From the human T2T-CHM13v2.0 reference genome, Homo sapiens: a DNA stretch of 64,000 bases. The DNA lies in the NCBI RefSeq assembly GCF_009914755.1, contig NC_060929.1; one strand, written 5' to 3'. The notes under the pieces were generated by a model that was not told the origin of the DNA, did no database searches, and was given only the letters and a program-made list of their open reading frames with translations. Shown here piece by piece: positions 63,106 to 64,000 of this stretch; position 1 is the first letter of the stretch, and every line of letters begins with the position of its first letter. Made by a program: the position numbers and the translations under genes.

Positions 63106-63571
63106 TATAGTAGGCTGACTGGTAACCTCCCAGAAGGATACATCCATGTCCTCATCCCCAGAACCTGGGGATGCTGCTTTTATGGACAAAGATGTGATTA
63201 ACGAGTTGGAGAGGAAGAGTTTGTCCTGAATTACCTAGGCAGACCCTAAATCCAATGACAAGTATCCTCATGAGAGTGAGGAAGAGGGAGATTTGACAGG
63301 CAGCAGAGGAGGAAGCAATGCGACCATGGGGACAGAGATTGGAGTTATGCAACCCATCAACTAAGGAACACCTGGAACACCAGAAGCCAGAAAAGGCAAG
63401 AAAGTTTCCTCCTCTAGAGCCTTTGGAGGGAGCATGGCCCTCCGAACACCTTGAACTGGGACTAACTGGGTGGCTGCAAACAGCAGACAGAACTGTGCAA
63501 GAATAAATGTCTGCTGCTTCAAGCCACCCAGTTAGTGCATTGTGTTATGGCAAGCCCAGGAGATGAATATA
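63106..63571 (+). mobile_element. MLT1C-like solo LTR nested in L2 (L2 minus, ~63045-64000)
   Basis: CAGAGATTGGAGTTATGC, CCTCTAGAGCCTTTGGAGGGAGCATGGCCC; TSD CTAAG/CCAAG. Confidence 0.85.
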
Positions 63572-64000
63572 CCAAGTACTGGGGATCCAGTCATGATCAA
63601 GAAAGACATGGTCCTACCCTCCTAGAGCATGCAGTCCAGGAGAGCAAACAGATAATGATCAGGTGGACAAAAATACACAATTACAAACTAATAAGTGCAA
63701 TGATGTGCTTAGATAGAGAAAAATGCAAGAGACCTTATTTAAACTGGGGGTCAGGGAAAGCATCTTTGAGGAGGTGACCTCTGAGCTTGGACCTAAAGGA
63801 TGAGAGAGAACCAGCCATAGAAATCTCTCAGGGAAAAGTGTCAAGGCAAAGGAGAAAATAAGTCAAAGGCTCTGAGTGAGGGAACAGACTAACATGTTCA
63901 AGAAACTCAAAGAAGTCTAGTATAGTTGGAATGAGGTCAGAGAGGTAAGCAGGGCCAGGATGCACAGAGATTATGGGCCATGGTAGGGTCTTGGGATTTT

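Overview
Human (hominid) genomic DNA dominated by transposable elements. The only gene-like signal is a CpG-island promoter at about 28.4-30.3 kb with a probable non-coding first exon on the minus strand (donor at 29703/29702). That makes 1-29702 largely intronic, with a candidate 58-nt exon at 8412-8469. I cannot name the gene. The intron holds two young human-specific L1 (pre-Ta) copies in the same orientation. Upstream is a ~13 kb nested repeat cluster: an ancient L1M hosting an L1MB, a FLAM with an 800-bp AT/TTCC repeat, a THE1 LTR, an L1PA7 and Alus. I found no host protein-coding exon and no new multi-gene system. The most unusual features are three rearrangements. (1) A near-perfect 520-bp inverted duplication lies inside an old L1PA7, with a templated filler at its junction. 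(2) An L1PA8 has a 5' inversion and a probable 3' transduction. (3) The two neighbouring pre-Ta L1s share a non-consensus variant. Repeat subfamily calls come from recalled consensus sequences and should be confirmed with RepeatMasker/Dfam.
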